Origin: Eledone cirrhosa | Lineage: Eukaryota | Assembly (NCBI GenBank): GCA_964016885.1 | Contig: OZ024742.1 | Span: forward strand, 37,882,001-37,946,000 | Reading direction: 5' to 3' | DNA: 64,000 nucleotides | In this document: positions 13,541 through 27,843 of the stretch, in pieces | Layout of the letters: every line of letters starts with the position of its first letter | Numbering within the stretch: the stretch's first letter is position 1 | Notes under the pieces: generated by a model | The model's database searches: none | What the model saw: only the letters and a program-made list of their open reading frames with translations | Told to the model about the DNA's origin: nothing | Position numbers and translations under genes: made by a program

Positions 13541-15742
13541 TCTATTCATCATCATTACAGATGTTTTTCCATGCTAGTATGGGTTGGACAACACACACAC
13601 ACAAAGTGGTTTGTGATAGGATGGGCATCTAGCTTTTCAAAACTGCCAAAGAACCTAGATACCCCTCAGTTATGTTAAATACATGATAACCTCTCTAGTG
13701 CTGATACTCTAATAAAACACACCCAATACACTCTGTAAAATGCAGGAATATAATCAAAATGCATCCCCCCAGCCCATCTGAAAGATCAGTAGTTCTGATT
13801 AAGTATTGATTTGTTCTGTGTCATTCCATCCAACCATTATTTTTATATATATATCATCATCACTGTTTAACGTCCATGTTTCCACATTGGCATGGGTTTT
13901 TATATATATATATATGAGAAAGGGTTGTAGGTAGATATATGATTATATAAGAGTACAGATAAAAAGATAATAATCTCAAATTTGAATGGGTTAAGTTATA
14001 AATATAGAAATGCTATTTTCAAATGGAGCAATTCTACAAGCATTATTTAATATAACAGCATGTTTAAATATTACTATGTGGTCTCCCTTTGCATATATCA
14101 TGTTTTACAAGTGGACACTGTATTCCTAGTGAACTGCCTTCTTATCTCATGCTGCATGGTCTTTAAATTGAAGTTTGATGATCACATTTCCAAGCCAATT
14201 TGAAATGCCACTCAATGTTTAACACATACATCCTGTAATGATTTAACAGAAAATATCTAAAAATGGGCTTGTTAATTCAAATATTTAGAGTTTCTTTACT
14301 CATAGAGAGATTGTTGTAGAAATATGCAGTAATATAGTTAAGATTTTACTTTTTAACCCAATATATTTCTAATGAAATACATTGTCAATGTGTTGCAATT
14401 AATTTTGAAAACAACCAAAAATTTGCAGGAATCAACTGATATTTTAATCAGTAAGTTGATATTCAGAACATTACTTAACAAGAATTTCTAAAATAAAATC
14501 ACGATGGCAGGTTTTGATATAATTATCTCCTGAAACATTTTCTCTCTGCTATATTGATGGCATATAATTGGTGTCACTACATTCTCTTTATGTCTATTAC
14601 TTTCACCAGTTGGCTTTAATCCTTTTGTTACCCTATTTCTGATAAAATACTATGTATTTGAATTAATCCATGAAGAATTTAGAGGGATTTACTAAAATTA
14701 TTTCAATTGGTATTTGTAAAATAACAAAAATGTTTTTATATGAAATTCTGTTGGAAGATTTAATTTAAACAAGAACCTATTAAATGGTTTGTTTTGTTCC
14801 AAAGAACTACAGGCAGTTTTGTACGGATTAGTATCAAAAGGGTTAAAAGCAAAACCTCACACTAATCGACATTGCGCCAAAATTTTGATCAACTTAACTT
14901 ATTAGAGTTATCTCCCTTACTTACTTTTAGATTTTAATCACTTCTACAAGGGTTTTTTGTCTACTTATTGCTTCAAAAAAACTAACTGCTCAAAGTTTTT
15001 CAGTTCACTATATATAACGTAAGTAAGGCCTGGCTCTGGGGCATTTTCCTTCAACAATGGGATTAAAATTGGTACATTCAAACAGAAATGCACTGCAATA
15101 TTAATGTTCAGCTGAGTTATTTCCCTTTACTCCAATATCTACTCATGTATCTTATAAAAATGATGAAATAAATACCAGAGGTAGAATCCTAACAGTGAAT
15201 CCAACCATGGAAATAAGTTCTCATCTCATCAGTAATACTCTGCATCTTATCATGCATTGAGTTCTAGCGTGATTTGTAGTGTTCTCAGTCTTCGCACCAC
15301 ACACACACACATACACACACAATGGGCTTCCATAGTTTCCATCTATTAAATTCCACTCGTAAGGCATTGGTCAGTACAACGCTATAATAGAAGACACTTT
15401 CCCAAGGTTCTATGCAGTGGGATTGAACCTGAAACCATGTGGTTGTAAAGCGAACTATTTAACCAGTTCATATCAAAATGCACTAGCTTTTCAGATTCAT
15501 TACATTATATTAATTATCTTACAGCCAATAAGAAACTAAGATGGAATAAAAGCCCACAGCAGTTTTGCTAACCTTTTCAACTTTTGTGACATTAAAATTG
15601 GGGGCAGAAGGAGGAAAATAGCTATAAAAAGATAACAGGGTTTTCTTGTGTTATAAATTGAAGCCAGATTTGACACAGAGTAACTTCCAATTTTTCAATT
15701 AGCAACAAATATACATGTGTGTGTGTGGGTGGATATATGTGT

Positions 15743-15791
<49 letters not shown>

Positions 15792-16639
15792 CAGCAGGAA
15801 AAACTACCTATAAATGATAATGATGATGAAGGCATGGTCTGTCTATATATTTGTGTCTGTGTATACTTGTATGTATGTGTGTGTGTGTGTCTATCACCAT
15901 CGGTTAACATCCACATACACACACATATATATACACACACACACACACACATACCATACATACATACACAGAATTACTTATCAGGATCTGAGAAATATAA
16001 TCTACCAATAAATCAGTGTTGAATCAGAGCAGAAAAGTAGCTGTTCTTCACTCTTCACTGTATTTTATAAGGATTTTAGGAGAGAGCAGCACAGATTGGG
16101 CTGGAGGTAGAGAGACAGAGAGTATCTAACAAGTGTTACTATTAATGTTAGTGTGTGTGTGTATGCGTGCACACATTGGCAGGAGTTTCAAGTGTCTAGG
16201 AACATTTACTTAACTTACTTAGGATAAGACACCATAACTGCAGGAGCAGAGAATAGGGGAGATAAATAATCCTGTAAGTCTCTTTTTTTCCCCCTTTTAT
16301 CTAAGCAGAGTGGAAAAATTTGTTTTAAAAAGGATACTGATATTAAGCTAGAAGCAAAAGAGTGAACCCTAGCAGTGACTATATTCTCTCTCTCTCTCTG
16401 TGAAAGGCCATCAAAGGTACTACTAGAAGTATTTTTAAGTATTATCATTGGTGTGTATGTGTGTAGAGGAACATATGTATACCGTAATTGTTGCAGTTAT
16501 TTATAATGTTGATAAAAATAAGACTCTAAAAAGCAATGGTTGCATTCACTGTGTGAGGTATTTACCGAGTGGAAAAAGTTGGAAGTGGGTTGTTATAGTT
16601 AAGACAAATCAACTTCAAGAAATTAAAATTGAACATATT

Positions 16640-16980
16640 CCATGTGGTTCTGAGTTCAGTCCCACTGCATGGTACTTTGGGAGAGTATCCTCTGTTATAG
16701 TCTTAGTTTGAATAATCCATTGTGAATTAAATTTAGTAGGTAGAAATCGCAAAAGCCCATTGAGTGTGTGTGTGCGTGTGCATTTGCACACGCTCACACA
16801 AGTTTGTGCTTATATCTTGTAACTTAGCAGTTTAACAAGAAAAATCGATAAAAATTAGCTGGTATGAAGAAATTAAGTATTGGGATTAATATGATCAATG
16901 AAAATCCCCTTAAAGGAGTGTCCTGGCATATTATAATGTCACGGTATGATTGAAACCAATAAAAGAGTAAAAGAATTTGA
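16640..16980 (+). mobile_element. SINE with CR1-type 3' tail
   Basis: Ends ...GATTGAAACCAATAAAAGAGTAAAAGAAT, matching the tail of the CR1 at 61056-61120. Confidence 0.7.
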
Positions 16981-17534
16981 ACATACACATGGGCTAGAAT
17001 TCCTAGTAGATCATCTCTATTAAAGTTATTAAAGCAGGCTTGAGAAGAAAATGTTTAACAAGGGATGTTTAATAGGACAAACATATCTGAAGCTGTCACC
17101 TTACCTGCTAATGAAGAACAGATGTTTATGCCTAAGCATGAAAATAATATTTCCTGTAAAATTAATTCTTAATTTTTTGAAATGATCTCCCCTTCTCTTT
17201 GTAAAGGTGCTAACATTTGTCACCAGGTTATTGTTCTCTTTCTTCAAATACGAAGCAAATTTCAATTTATTTAGAATTTAGTACCTTACTACCTACTGGA
17301 ATATATGATTTAGAATCTATATTGTATAAAAGCAAAATGGTGACCTAATAGATCAATTTGCCAGAAAGGGACATGATTCATACATCAAAGAAACAGGATT
17401 TTTTTCTACAAAAAATGAGTATCCTTTTCATCAATTTGTAACATATATAAATGTTCTCTCTATATTATATAATAATCTAAAAGAAATGTTATTCAAAACA
17501 ATTCAACTCCCTAACTATTATAATAGTTAAATTT

Positions 17535-17603
<69 letters not shown>

Positions 17604-17605
<2 letters not shown>

Positions 17606-19350
17606 TGTTAACCAGGTAATACTAGGTGTCATACCAAAAAATTGGTGCAGTAGCATCATTGTCAACTGCTACAAAGGTAAAGGTGATGCACTAGATAGAG
17701 GAAACTATAGAAGTATAAAGCTGATGGACCAGGTCATGAAAGTAACAGAAAGAGTTATAGCACAGTTGATTAGGGACCGGGTGAAACTAGATGAGATGCA
17801 ATTTGGGTTTGTACCAGGAAGAGGCACCACTAATGCTCTCTTCCTTGTGAGGCAGTTACAGGAAAAGTACCTAGCTAAAAGTAAGCCACTCTACCTGGCA
17901 TTCGTCGATCTCGAGAAAGCCTTTGACAGAGTTCCACGTGCTATAATCTGGTGGGCTCTTAGAAAACTAGGAGTAGATGAATGGCTTGTGAAAGCTGTAC
18001 AAGCCATGTATAGGGGAGCAGTCAGCAAAGTTAGGATTACAGCAAGTATAGCGAGGAATTTAGCGTACAGGCTCTGTTCTTAGCCCTCTCCTGTTCATCA
18101 TAGTCCTGCAGGCAATAATGGAGGAGTTTAAGACTGGATGCCCATGGGAACTCCTGTATGCAGATGACCTCACACTTATAGCTGAATCTATGGTAGAACT
18201 AGAGAAGAAATTCCAAACTTGGAAGCAGGGACTAGAAAGAAAGGGTCTCAAAGTCAACCTGACAAAGACTAAGGTCCTTGTAAGTAGACGAGAAAACAGA
18301 ACCCAGATCCCCTCAGGGAAATGGCCTTGCTCAGTATGTAGGAAAGGTGTAGGTAGGAACTCCATTCTCTGCCCCAAATGCAAACAATGGGTTCACAAGA
18401 GATGTAGCAGGATCTCAGGAAGCTTAATTAAGAATGTAGGCTTCACATGTAGCAGCTGTGCTGGGACAGCAAGCAGCAAACAGCCACAGGAAACAAGTAC
18501 CACCAATCTCTGGGAGGGCTCTGTAGAAACAGTAGAGAGCTTCTGCTACCTAAGTGACCGAATTAGCAGCGGAGGTGGGTGTTCAGAAAGTACAATAACT
18601 AGGGTAAGAACAGGATGGAAGAAGTTCAGGGAACTACTGCCACTGCTAGCTGCAAAAGGCTTCTCCCTCAAAATGAAAGGCCGACTGTATGATGCGTGTA
18701 TCCGAACAGCAATGTTACATGGTAGTGAGACCTGGGCGTTGAAGGTGGAAGACTTACGTACATTAGAAAGAAACGAAGCCTGAATGCTCCGATGGATGAG
18801 TAATAGTAATAAACTATTGAGAGAGAGACTGAGCATAAGAGGAATCAAATGTTGTGTGCAGGAGAGGCGGTTGCGTTGGTATGGACATGTGATGCGTATG
18901 AAGGATGACAGCTGCATAAAAAGGTGCAGAGCACTAGAAGTCAATGGAAACCGCCGAGTGGGGAGACCCAAGAAGACCTGGGATGAGGTGATAAAAGCCG
19001 ACCATACCCAATTACACCTCTCAAAGGCGATGACACACGACTGTGACCTCTGGCGTCACACAGTAATACAGAGTACCCGACCTCCCATGGGTACAAGCTG
19101 AAGCATATAGACAATATGTCCCCACACCCTCCCACTGCAAAGTGGTCGTGGAGGTACCACGGCAAAAAAAGCACCCAGCCCACACTGTAAATGAGGTTGG
19201 TGTTAGGAAGGGCATCCAGCTGTAGAAATCAAGCCAAAATCAGTTCCTGTATGAGCAAGGCATGGTCAGCCGACCAGACACTGCCCACAACAGGACAACC
19301 CGTCTATCCCATACTAGAATGGAAGAACGGACGTAAAACGGTGATGATTG
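17604..19350 (+). mobile_element. 5'-truncated RTE LINE beginning at a (TA)n tract; inactivated
   Basis: RT motifs [18 protein letters not shown] and the PHD-type Cys/His insert. A deletion/frameshift lies near 18045-18070 and a TGA at 18781 replaces Cys. 3'UTR ends GACGTAAAACGGTGATGAT. Confidence 0.95.
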
Positions 19351-19667
19351 CAATTGAAAGGTTGTGAGTTCAATTCTCGGACCGGGTGATGTGTTGTTTC
19401 CTTGAGCAAGACACTTTATTTCACATTGCCCCAGTTTACTCAGCTGTAGAAATGAGATGATAGGACTAGAGTCCCTATCATTCCACTGCAAAGGGGTCAT
19501 GGAGGCAAAAAAGCACCAAGCCCACACTGTAGATAAGGTTGGTGTTAGGAAGGGCATCCATCTGTAGTAATCAAGCCAGAATCAGTTCCCGTATGAGCAA
19601 GAGGACAGCTGACCGGACACTGCCCACAACAGGACAACCCGTCTAACCCATGCTAGCGTGGAAGAAT
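19351..19667 (+). mobile_element. 5'-truncated SINE with RTE-derived tail, fused behind the RTE
   Basis: B-box GAGTTCAATTCTC, body as in 58402-58750, then RTE 3'UTR sequence cut at GTGGAAGAA. Confidence 0.85.
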
Positions 19668-19910
19668 AGCCTGGGGCTATAGTAAAGTCGAAGGTCCCAT
19701 ATAGTGGGATCAAACCTGAACTCATGTAGTTACAACACAAACTTCTTAACCACACAACCATTCCTGAACCTATATATATATGGAAGATATATATACATCA
19801 TCATCCCCGTTTTACGTCCGTTCTTCCATATATATATAGGTTCAGGAATGGTTGTGTGGTTAAGAAGTTTGTGTTGTAACTACCTTCGACTTTACTATAG
19901 CCCCAGGCTA
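19668..19910. repeat. Inverted duplication
   Basis: 19668-19696 plus 19726-19787 are the reverse complement of 19822-19910. Confidence 0.9.
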
Positions 19911-22900
19911 ACCAATATTCTGAGTGAAATTTGCTTGATGGGAATTGTGTTGAAGCCCTTTCTAATTTCCAGAGTGTGTGTGCATGTGTGTGTGTGATTC
20001 TACAAATACAAGTTGACATCAGGAAGGGCTTTTGCCCATCTAATACTACCTCAAAACATCTTGCCCAGTCAACACCATCACAGATAAAAGCAGATGTGAT
20101 GAAGATAATGAGGATGATACAATTCAAGAACCTAAGTAAATGTATAAGATTGTATATTGTTTAAAAAAAGCAAAACAAATGAAATTTATAGCTCACACCA
20201 ATGCATCTTATAAGTAGTTTCCTGGATGTATGATGTGAATTCAAAACCCTAACTGCTAAGCTATGAACCTTCATGTAGAAAAATGAAATTATTTAGAAAA
20301 TACTTATTTTCTTGCAGAAGATTTGATAGTTTTCTCTCCACAGAAAGTCCAGCTCTATAAAAAAAACGTTCTGTGAGGAAATGATAAAATAATTGTTTCT
20401 ACTTTAGGCACAAGGCCAGCAATTATCCAGTGCATTACTGGTACTTTATTTTATTGACCCCATAAGGATGAAAGGCAAAGTCAACCTCGGCGGGATTTGA
20501 ACTCAGATCGTAAAGGGACGTAATAATGGGGTTTAGAAATGAAAAGCCAATCATAAGGAACACTAAAGAGAGAAATTGTGCACATGTGTGTGTTTTCAGA
20601 CTAAGTACCATAACATTTAGAAAAGAGTTTAGCCTGTGAGACCCTCGCCTATCCCACCATTTATAAATGTATCATGCATCATGTAAATAAAATTGCTGTA
20701 TTAAGTGACTATGATTATCTTAAATCTTTCAAGATATAAGTATATTAAGGGATTAGAGAAGAAACTCTTTTCGTGATAGGAGATTAATGTACTATGATGA
20801 ATAGAAATTAATAGTTTATTATTTTAAATTAACTTTACCTAACTTGAGATTCAACATCTTTTTATTTTCTTCCCTGTGCTTCAGTCATAAAAAAAAAAGT
20901 AATCCTCTGTAAAGTGGTAGAGTTGGTGGCACAATATAATGCACACAGTATCCTCTTTAAAGTGGTAGTGTTAGTATCACAATAAGATGCACCCAATACA
21001 CTCTGAAAAATGGTTGGCATTAGGAAGGACATTCAGCTGTAGAAACTATGCCAAATAAGGAACGCATGAAAGTGTACTCGCAATAGTTATCATTTTAGAG
21101 GTAGAGCTATTGTTTTATGTCTAAGCACCTTCCTTAGGGTACTTCCAGTTTCTAATGTAATATATCTGTTTCCTGTAATATATCTGTTCGAACTTTTATT
21201 GTAATCTCAAACTATTATTTCATTTTCTTTGTTGTTGGCAGTGGTATTATTATTATTATTATTGTGGATTGGCAGTATCGGTAGAGCGTCGGAGAATATG
21301 CTTTATGGCATAGGATTATGCCCCTTTACAATCTAAGTTCAATTCCCGCCGAGGTAGCTTTGCCTTTCATCCTTATGGGGTCAATAAAATAAAGCACCAG
21401 TAATGCACTGGGGTTGATTTAATCGACTTTCCCCTCCCCAAAATTGCTGGCCTTGTGCCTATAGTAGAAATCATTATTATTATTTTCCAAACAAGATTGG
21501 TGAAAAGGACACCCACAAAATAGTTGGACAGAATGAATTATAGGATCTATTTTGGGGCCTAATGTTTGATTTCAAATCCAGTTTTGATGAATTTATTTTC
21601 ATACCTCTAATATCAATAAAACAAGTACTTGTAAGGTATTCAAACCAATTCAGTTGACTGTGTCTATAATTTACAAATAAAAAAATGTATTTGTCCCTAC
21701 CACAAAACAATTATATAACTTCAGGAAAGAACAAACAAAACAGTTTCTTTCATTGGTTATCTGTCTTAGTATATGAACTATTCAATACATCCAGCCAAGT
21801 AACATTTTTGTTTATATATGATTAACCATAACTTTGTTCAAAAATGCCAAGGTGATAATCATAATGTATGATAGGACTGGGAACCTTATCATTAAATAAC
21901 CTAAGCTAAACCTATGAAGGTGTAAGCTATAACAAAAAATTATAATGTACATTGTTATTGCATTAACCCTTTTGTTACCAACCCACCCAGTACCACCTCT
22001 GGTTCTATGATGAGAAATAATTCATTTTTTTAATTTAAACCTTCCATTATAAAATTATTTAAGAACATTTTCTCAGGTAGTATTTCAAACACTAACTTGA
22101 TAATGAGAAAGTTATTTTACTAAAACTCTAAAAATATGTTGATTATTTTAAAAATAAATTCAAGGTCGTAGGCAGTGTACTGCAGTAGAAATAGTATAAG
22201 GAAAAGGATAAGGTACTTTCTGTCTCTAGATCTTATATATAAAAAATTTAAGACTTCTTTGTCAGTATATATTTTATCAAAAAGCTTAGTTACATCAATG
22301 AGTTTACAAGTTTTTAAACAACATTAAATCTATTTATGTTTGTGATATGATATCTGAAGATAAAGAGATTACAGTGACAGGTTTGCCACTGCAAAAGCTT
22401 TGCATGGTCATTATTGTGTATCCACCTTACAGACAGACTTAGGCAAATTGAGCAATTGCATTTCAGTGACAAGAGGCAGGATTTTAACTCAGAAGACAGA
22501 GCTAGAACAAATATTGCAAGGCACCCCATCCAACACTTTAACAATTCTGCCAATCCACTCCTGGAATGCGACTTTATACACACACACATATTACACACTA
22601 ACACATTAGCACTTATAGAAACTAATACATTCACACACATTAATACTCTAGAAGTGTTCAGGAAATCTAATTTAATGCTAAGTTACATTCCTGTAATAGA
22701 AATTAAAATAAGATCACAAATTGTGACATATTAATCAATAAAACACCATTAAAACTACCATGTCTAACTTTCCTTTTCCCCACAGGCCAATAAAATTAAA
22801 TTCATTTTGTGAATGAAAAAGTCTTAAAAGATACTTTCTCCTAAACAATTAATCATCTACTCCTTTTAATTAACACAATCCAGACACTGGTAATTTCTGA

Positions 22901-25239
22901 TGTTTAAATTCTGGAGTTTTGGGGGGTATTTTTTATCTAAATAAATTTCACAATAAAGCAAAATGTTAAAAATCTTTTTGAAAAACTGTTGCATCATCAT
23001 CAAATCTCAACTTCGCTCAAACAAGTTGAAATGCCAGCATGTGAAATTAACATGCAAATGCCTGAGCATTCCACAATGAGCCCATGACCCTTTTGATACC
23101 AACCCACCCAAAATTGCCTATTTGTCTATGAAACCGAATCACCCATTTTAAAGGGTCCCTGATTAAATTAAAATCTTCCAATTTAATGTAAGAATCTTTT
23201 GTTTAAGAATGTTAAGAATCTTTTGTTTAAGAATACCAACAATGAAATAAGTGACAATTTTAATAAAGCCCAGAAAATTATTCATTAATTAATTGAAATA
23301 CAGTGTATTTCATTAAAAATATGGTCATGAAATAGTTAATGTAGTCCTCAGGGAGATACTTTCATGAATTACAGGTACAACAAATTTTCTGTCGGCTGAG
23401 TGGGCTTGAGCAATGTGAAATAAAGTGTCTTACCCAAGAACATAACATGCCAATGGGAATAGAACTCACAACCTTGCAACTGTAAGCTGTACAGGCTAAG
23501 AGCAGGTTGAACACAGTGGATTACCAACTTAGTTTTTAAGTATACCTAATTCTTGATATTATATATTCACATAATTCTTGGTTTTCACCTACCTTTTTCG
23601 CAATTCAATTTGCTTTCTATTAACCCTTATAAACCCATGCTAGCATGGAAGATAGACGTTAAACGATGATGATGATACTAACCCTCCTGAAACTGATCTG
23701 ATTGTATGACACACAACTGCTCATTTTAAAATGTTCATTCTTAAATTAAAACCTCCCATCATAATTTTGTTTAAGAAATTTTTGTTAAGTAATTTTCAAA
23801 TGTCAGCTTACTAATGAAAAGGTTGGTTATTTCATTAAATTCTTCAAATTTTCAAGGGGCAATGTCTTCTCCATTATGTCCCCCAGGACAGTGTGTAGTA
23901 AATACAGATCTCACACACACACAATATATCCAATGATATACATAGTTTGTGCATTTCATTAAAAATTTGGTAATAAAAGGCCTAACAGTCTGAAATTCAG
24001 TACAACATAGTTGGCCCTTTGAATTACTGGTTCAATCAATACGACAAGCTTCCACACAGTTTCCGTCTACCCAATTCCAATCATGGCTTGGGTTGATTCA
24101 GGGCCCTATGACACCAAAGCATCTTTAATCTAATACCCTGATGACTCTACTAATTCGCCACCTTCGAAATTCTTGATTATTTTCAAGATGGTTTGAAAAT
24201 CTTAGGTAGTGTCTGTTGTTAGAAATATGGTAATGAAAAGGTTAATTAATTGAACTATGTATTATTACTTGTATTATCCCAAAATTAAATTGAAAAAATA
24301 ACAAGAAAGTTCTGAGTTTCCTGTAAAAAAAAAAAACAATAAAAAAACATAACACCACATGTAAAGTCTTTGTAAATGTGTCATTGCAAATATCAATAGT
24401 TTCTATCCATGTTCCAAATATATTCCAGCTGCTCAGTTATTCAGCATTGTTGAATATACAATTGTAGACCTACAAATCAATACACAGAGGAACTAGAAAG
24501 GTTGCAAACTATAAGTTAGGCTGGTATACCATTGAACATCAAACTGTCGATAAATAACACAAATAGGATGAAGGATAGCAGAATCGGTAGAGTACCAGAC
24601 AATTAAAAAAATGGTATTTAGTAATGTGCCATTTTATGTTCTGTTTTCAAATCCTATTGGAATTAAGAGTCTCTCCTCACTTTAGGAGTGATAGAAAAAC
24701 GAAATAGCATGTCCTAATGGCCATGGGTTACATTCTCAGTCCAAGGAGTATGTTGTGTCATTGAGCAAGACATTTTATTTCCACATTGTTTCAGTTTTCT
24801 CAGATGCAAAAAATAAGCACCAACATGCACCAGGACAAGTTTCAGCCTCATGGTCCTACGGGATTGGGACAGACTATAAACTCAACATCAACTGTTCTTT
24901 TGATTGACTATGTACAGCTATGTGCCAATATATAACAAAAATTCTAGCATTTAGCATTTTAATGGCGATTAAAAAAGGTTCTCTCAAAAAGAAATCAAAT
25001 CATCATCACTGTTTTACATTCTTTTTCCATGGTAGTATGGGTAAGATGGATTGTTATGGTCCAAGACACAACGAGATCAGGAGGACCAAATCTTGCTCAT
25101 ATGTTCCATTTTTTGCATGGTTTCTACTGCCAGATACTTTTCCCAATGCCAATCTCTTTACGTGGTGTACTGGGTACATTTTATTGCAGCACCAACACCA
25201 AGTGGAAGTTGAGAATAAAATGATATTATTATATCCATT

Positions 25240-25432
25240 TAGGGCGGTGGATTGGCAGTATCGGTAGAGGGTCGGACGCCATGCATTGACGCATAGAGTT
25301 ACGGCCCTTGCCATTCTGAGTTCAAATCCCGCTGAGGTTAACTTTGCCTTTCATCCTTACGGGGTCGATAAAATAAAAGTAGCAGTAATACACTGGGTAT
25401 TTGCTGGCCTTGTGCCAAAAGTAGAAACAATT
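25240..25432 (+). mobile_element. Near full-length Meta/MESC-like SINE
   Basis: GGCGGTGGATTGGCAGTATCGGTAGAG (A-box) ... GAGTTCAAATCCC (B-box) ... core ... GTAGAAACAATTAT tail. Confidence 0.88.
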
Positions 25433-25662
25433 ATATTCATTTAGACTTTACTCCAAATCTTTAACTATACCACTATATCAGGAAGTGAAAAAGATATAAT
25501 CATTCCAAACGAGGCTAAATAAAGTATATAGTTTTTAGTTTTTTTGTTTTTTTTGTTATCTTTTTTTGTAAATCAAATGACTATTTATCTCCCCACATCC
25601 CTTCATTCCATCACAAATTTAACCTACACTTTGCTTTAATTTCACTGCACACACATACAGAG

Positions 25663-25707
<45 letters not shown>

Positions 25708-26654
25708 TTATTCCCAATACTTCATAGACAATACCAGAAATATATAAGTTGATATATACATAAAATGTCAACAATATAAGCAAAATGTCACCAGACAAAA
25801 ACGTTAGTTGAGTAAAGGAAATAGGGAATGTATATAGTTACATTCATTGAGGTTTATAATAAATGCATTTAGAAAAAAAATGTTAGCTTTGAAAAGATAT
25901 TTATGGACCCAAAAGACATCACCATCTCCTGGATTTGAGGTAAATGTCTGATTTACATATCTACAGTGAAAACTGAGAATCAGTTGGGAACTAACCTAAC
26001 AATCAAAAAGTAATTCATATCATGTATTGTGCCTGTCAGTTACTGGATGAATCCAGTTTAGAAAAGGTACTCTGTATCCCCATGGTTTGTAAGAGATGAC
26101 TAAAGGGTCTGGCAGCAGAAATGGGTATCTGGCATAAAACATTGCCACAAAAAAGACCTAGTGATGAATATGAAGTTTGTCATGGGGCCCTGCATAGCTA
26201 ATCCCTGAATTTGTAGAGGAAATTACCTTAAAATGATTGTTATTATTGCTGTGCCAATCAAAAAGATACACAATTTTCAATGACTCAGATAACTAGTTTA
26301 CCTAGACATAAAAAAAGCACCATAGGGAAATACAGTAGGCAACATTAACTCTTTTAAAACCAAAGCCTGAAACTGCCCCTAGTTCTATGATACAAAACTA
26401 TGACCATAATTTTATGTATGAACCTTGATAACAATTTTGATACCAAACCATCTAATAATACCTCTTGTTCCTTGAACAAAACCATGTATTATAAAGGGTT
26501 CTTATTTAAATTAAAATCTTCCAACATAATTTGATATAAGATCCTTTTGTTGTTACAAATACCATCTTAATTAATTTGAACACTGTATTTCATTAGAAAT
26601 ATGATAATGAAAGGGTTAAATTGTGTTATAAACACCAACTGAATAATGATAAAG

Positions 26655-27843
26655 TAGTGTGGAGGAGACAATTAAGACCAAAAGACAGGCATGGAAAGAA
26701 TGGCAGAGTGTGTGTGTGGGGGGGGGGGGGGGGGTAATAGAGAACACTACCAGGAGGCTAGCAAAAAAGCTAGGCGACAAGTGTACTTTGAAAGGGAAGC
26801 AGAAAATAAAAAATGTAAGCGTGTTCTGCAACATGACCAAAGGCATGAAGTATTCAAGATTGTGAGGCAATGTGTCAGGGAAAACTGTGATGTCATTAGG
26901 GAGAGGTGTGTCCTGATGATACTGGAGTACTCACCCTCACAGATACTGAAAAGAAGGTAGCATAACAGAGCCACTATGAAAGACTACTAAATGAGAAGAA
27001 TGAATGAAGATAGTTTGTCCCAAGTTGACGCGACCGAGGCACTGGCTGTGAAAGTTAGCAGTAGTATAGTATGTATACGAACAGCAATGTTGTATAGTAG
27101 TGAGACCTTGGTGCTGTGTGCAAAGGACCTGTGCAGATTGAAAAGAAATGAAGCCTGCATACTCTGATGGACGTGCAATAGTAATATACACAAACAGCAA
27201 AGCATAAATGAACTGAGACAGAAATTTGGCATAAGAGGGATCAGATGCAGTGTGCAAGAGAGGAGATTGTGTTGGTATGAAGGATGATATCTGTATAAAA
27301 TAAGTGCAGGCTGATCAAAGTTGATGGAAGCTATGAAGTAGGAAGACCCAGGAAGATTTGGGATGAGGTATAAAAGCTGACCTTGCAATATTGCACCTCT
27401 CAAAGACAATGTCTTTGTGAGGTGCAATTGTGTAAGGTCAGCTTTTATCACCACAGGATTGAGATCTTTGGTGTTATGCAGTAATATAGAAGACCCACCG
27501 TCCCATGCACACAGATTGAAGCATACATTTAGTATGCTCCTCTTAACCACTATGTAGTTGTCACAACAAAAAGCGCCCAGTATACACTGTAAATGTGGTC
27601 GTGTAGGTGTCACAACAAAAAGCGCCCAGCCCACACTGTAAATGTGGTTGTGTAGGTGTCACAACAAAAAGCAGCCAGTACACTATAAATGTGGTTGATG
27701 TTAGGAAGGGCATACAGCCATAGAAACCAAGCCAGAAACTGTTCTGTATGAACAAGACATGGCCACCTGACCTGTTTTGCCTCAAATGGGACAACCCGTC
27801 TAACCCATGCTAGTGTGCAAAATAGATGTTAAACAATGATGAT
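26655..27843 (+). mobile_element. Old internally deleted RTE LINE inserted in a MITE
   Basis: KTKRQAWKEW...ARRQVY...RQCVRENCD region jumps to the RTAML..SETL region with the RT core deleted; RTE 3'UTR and GAT tail; MITE sequence on both sides. Confidence 0.88.

Noticed and set aside
18060-18971. Antisense ORFs over RTE copies (also 48024-48929 and 50689-51504)
   Set aside because: Shadow frames of the RT coding strand.
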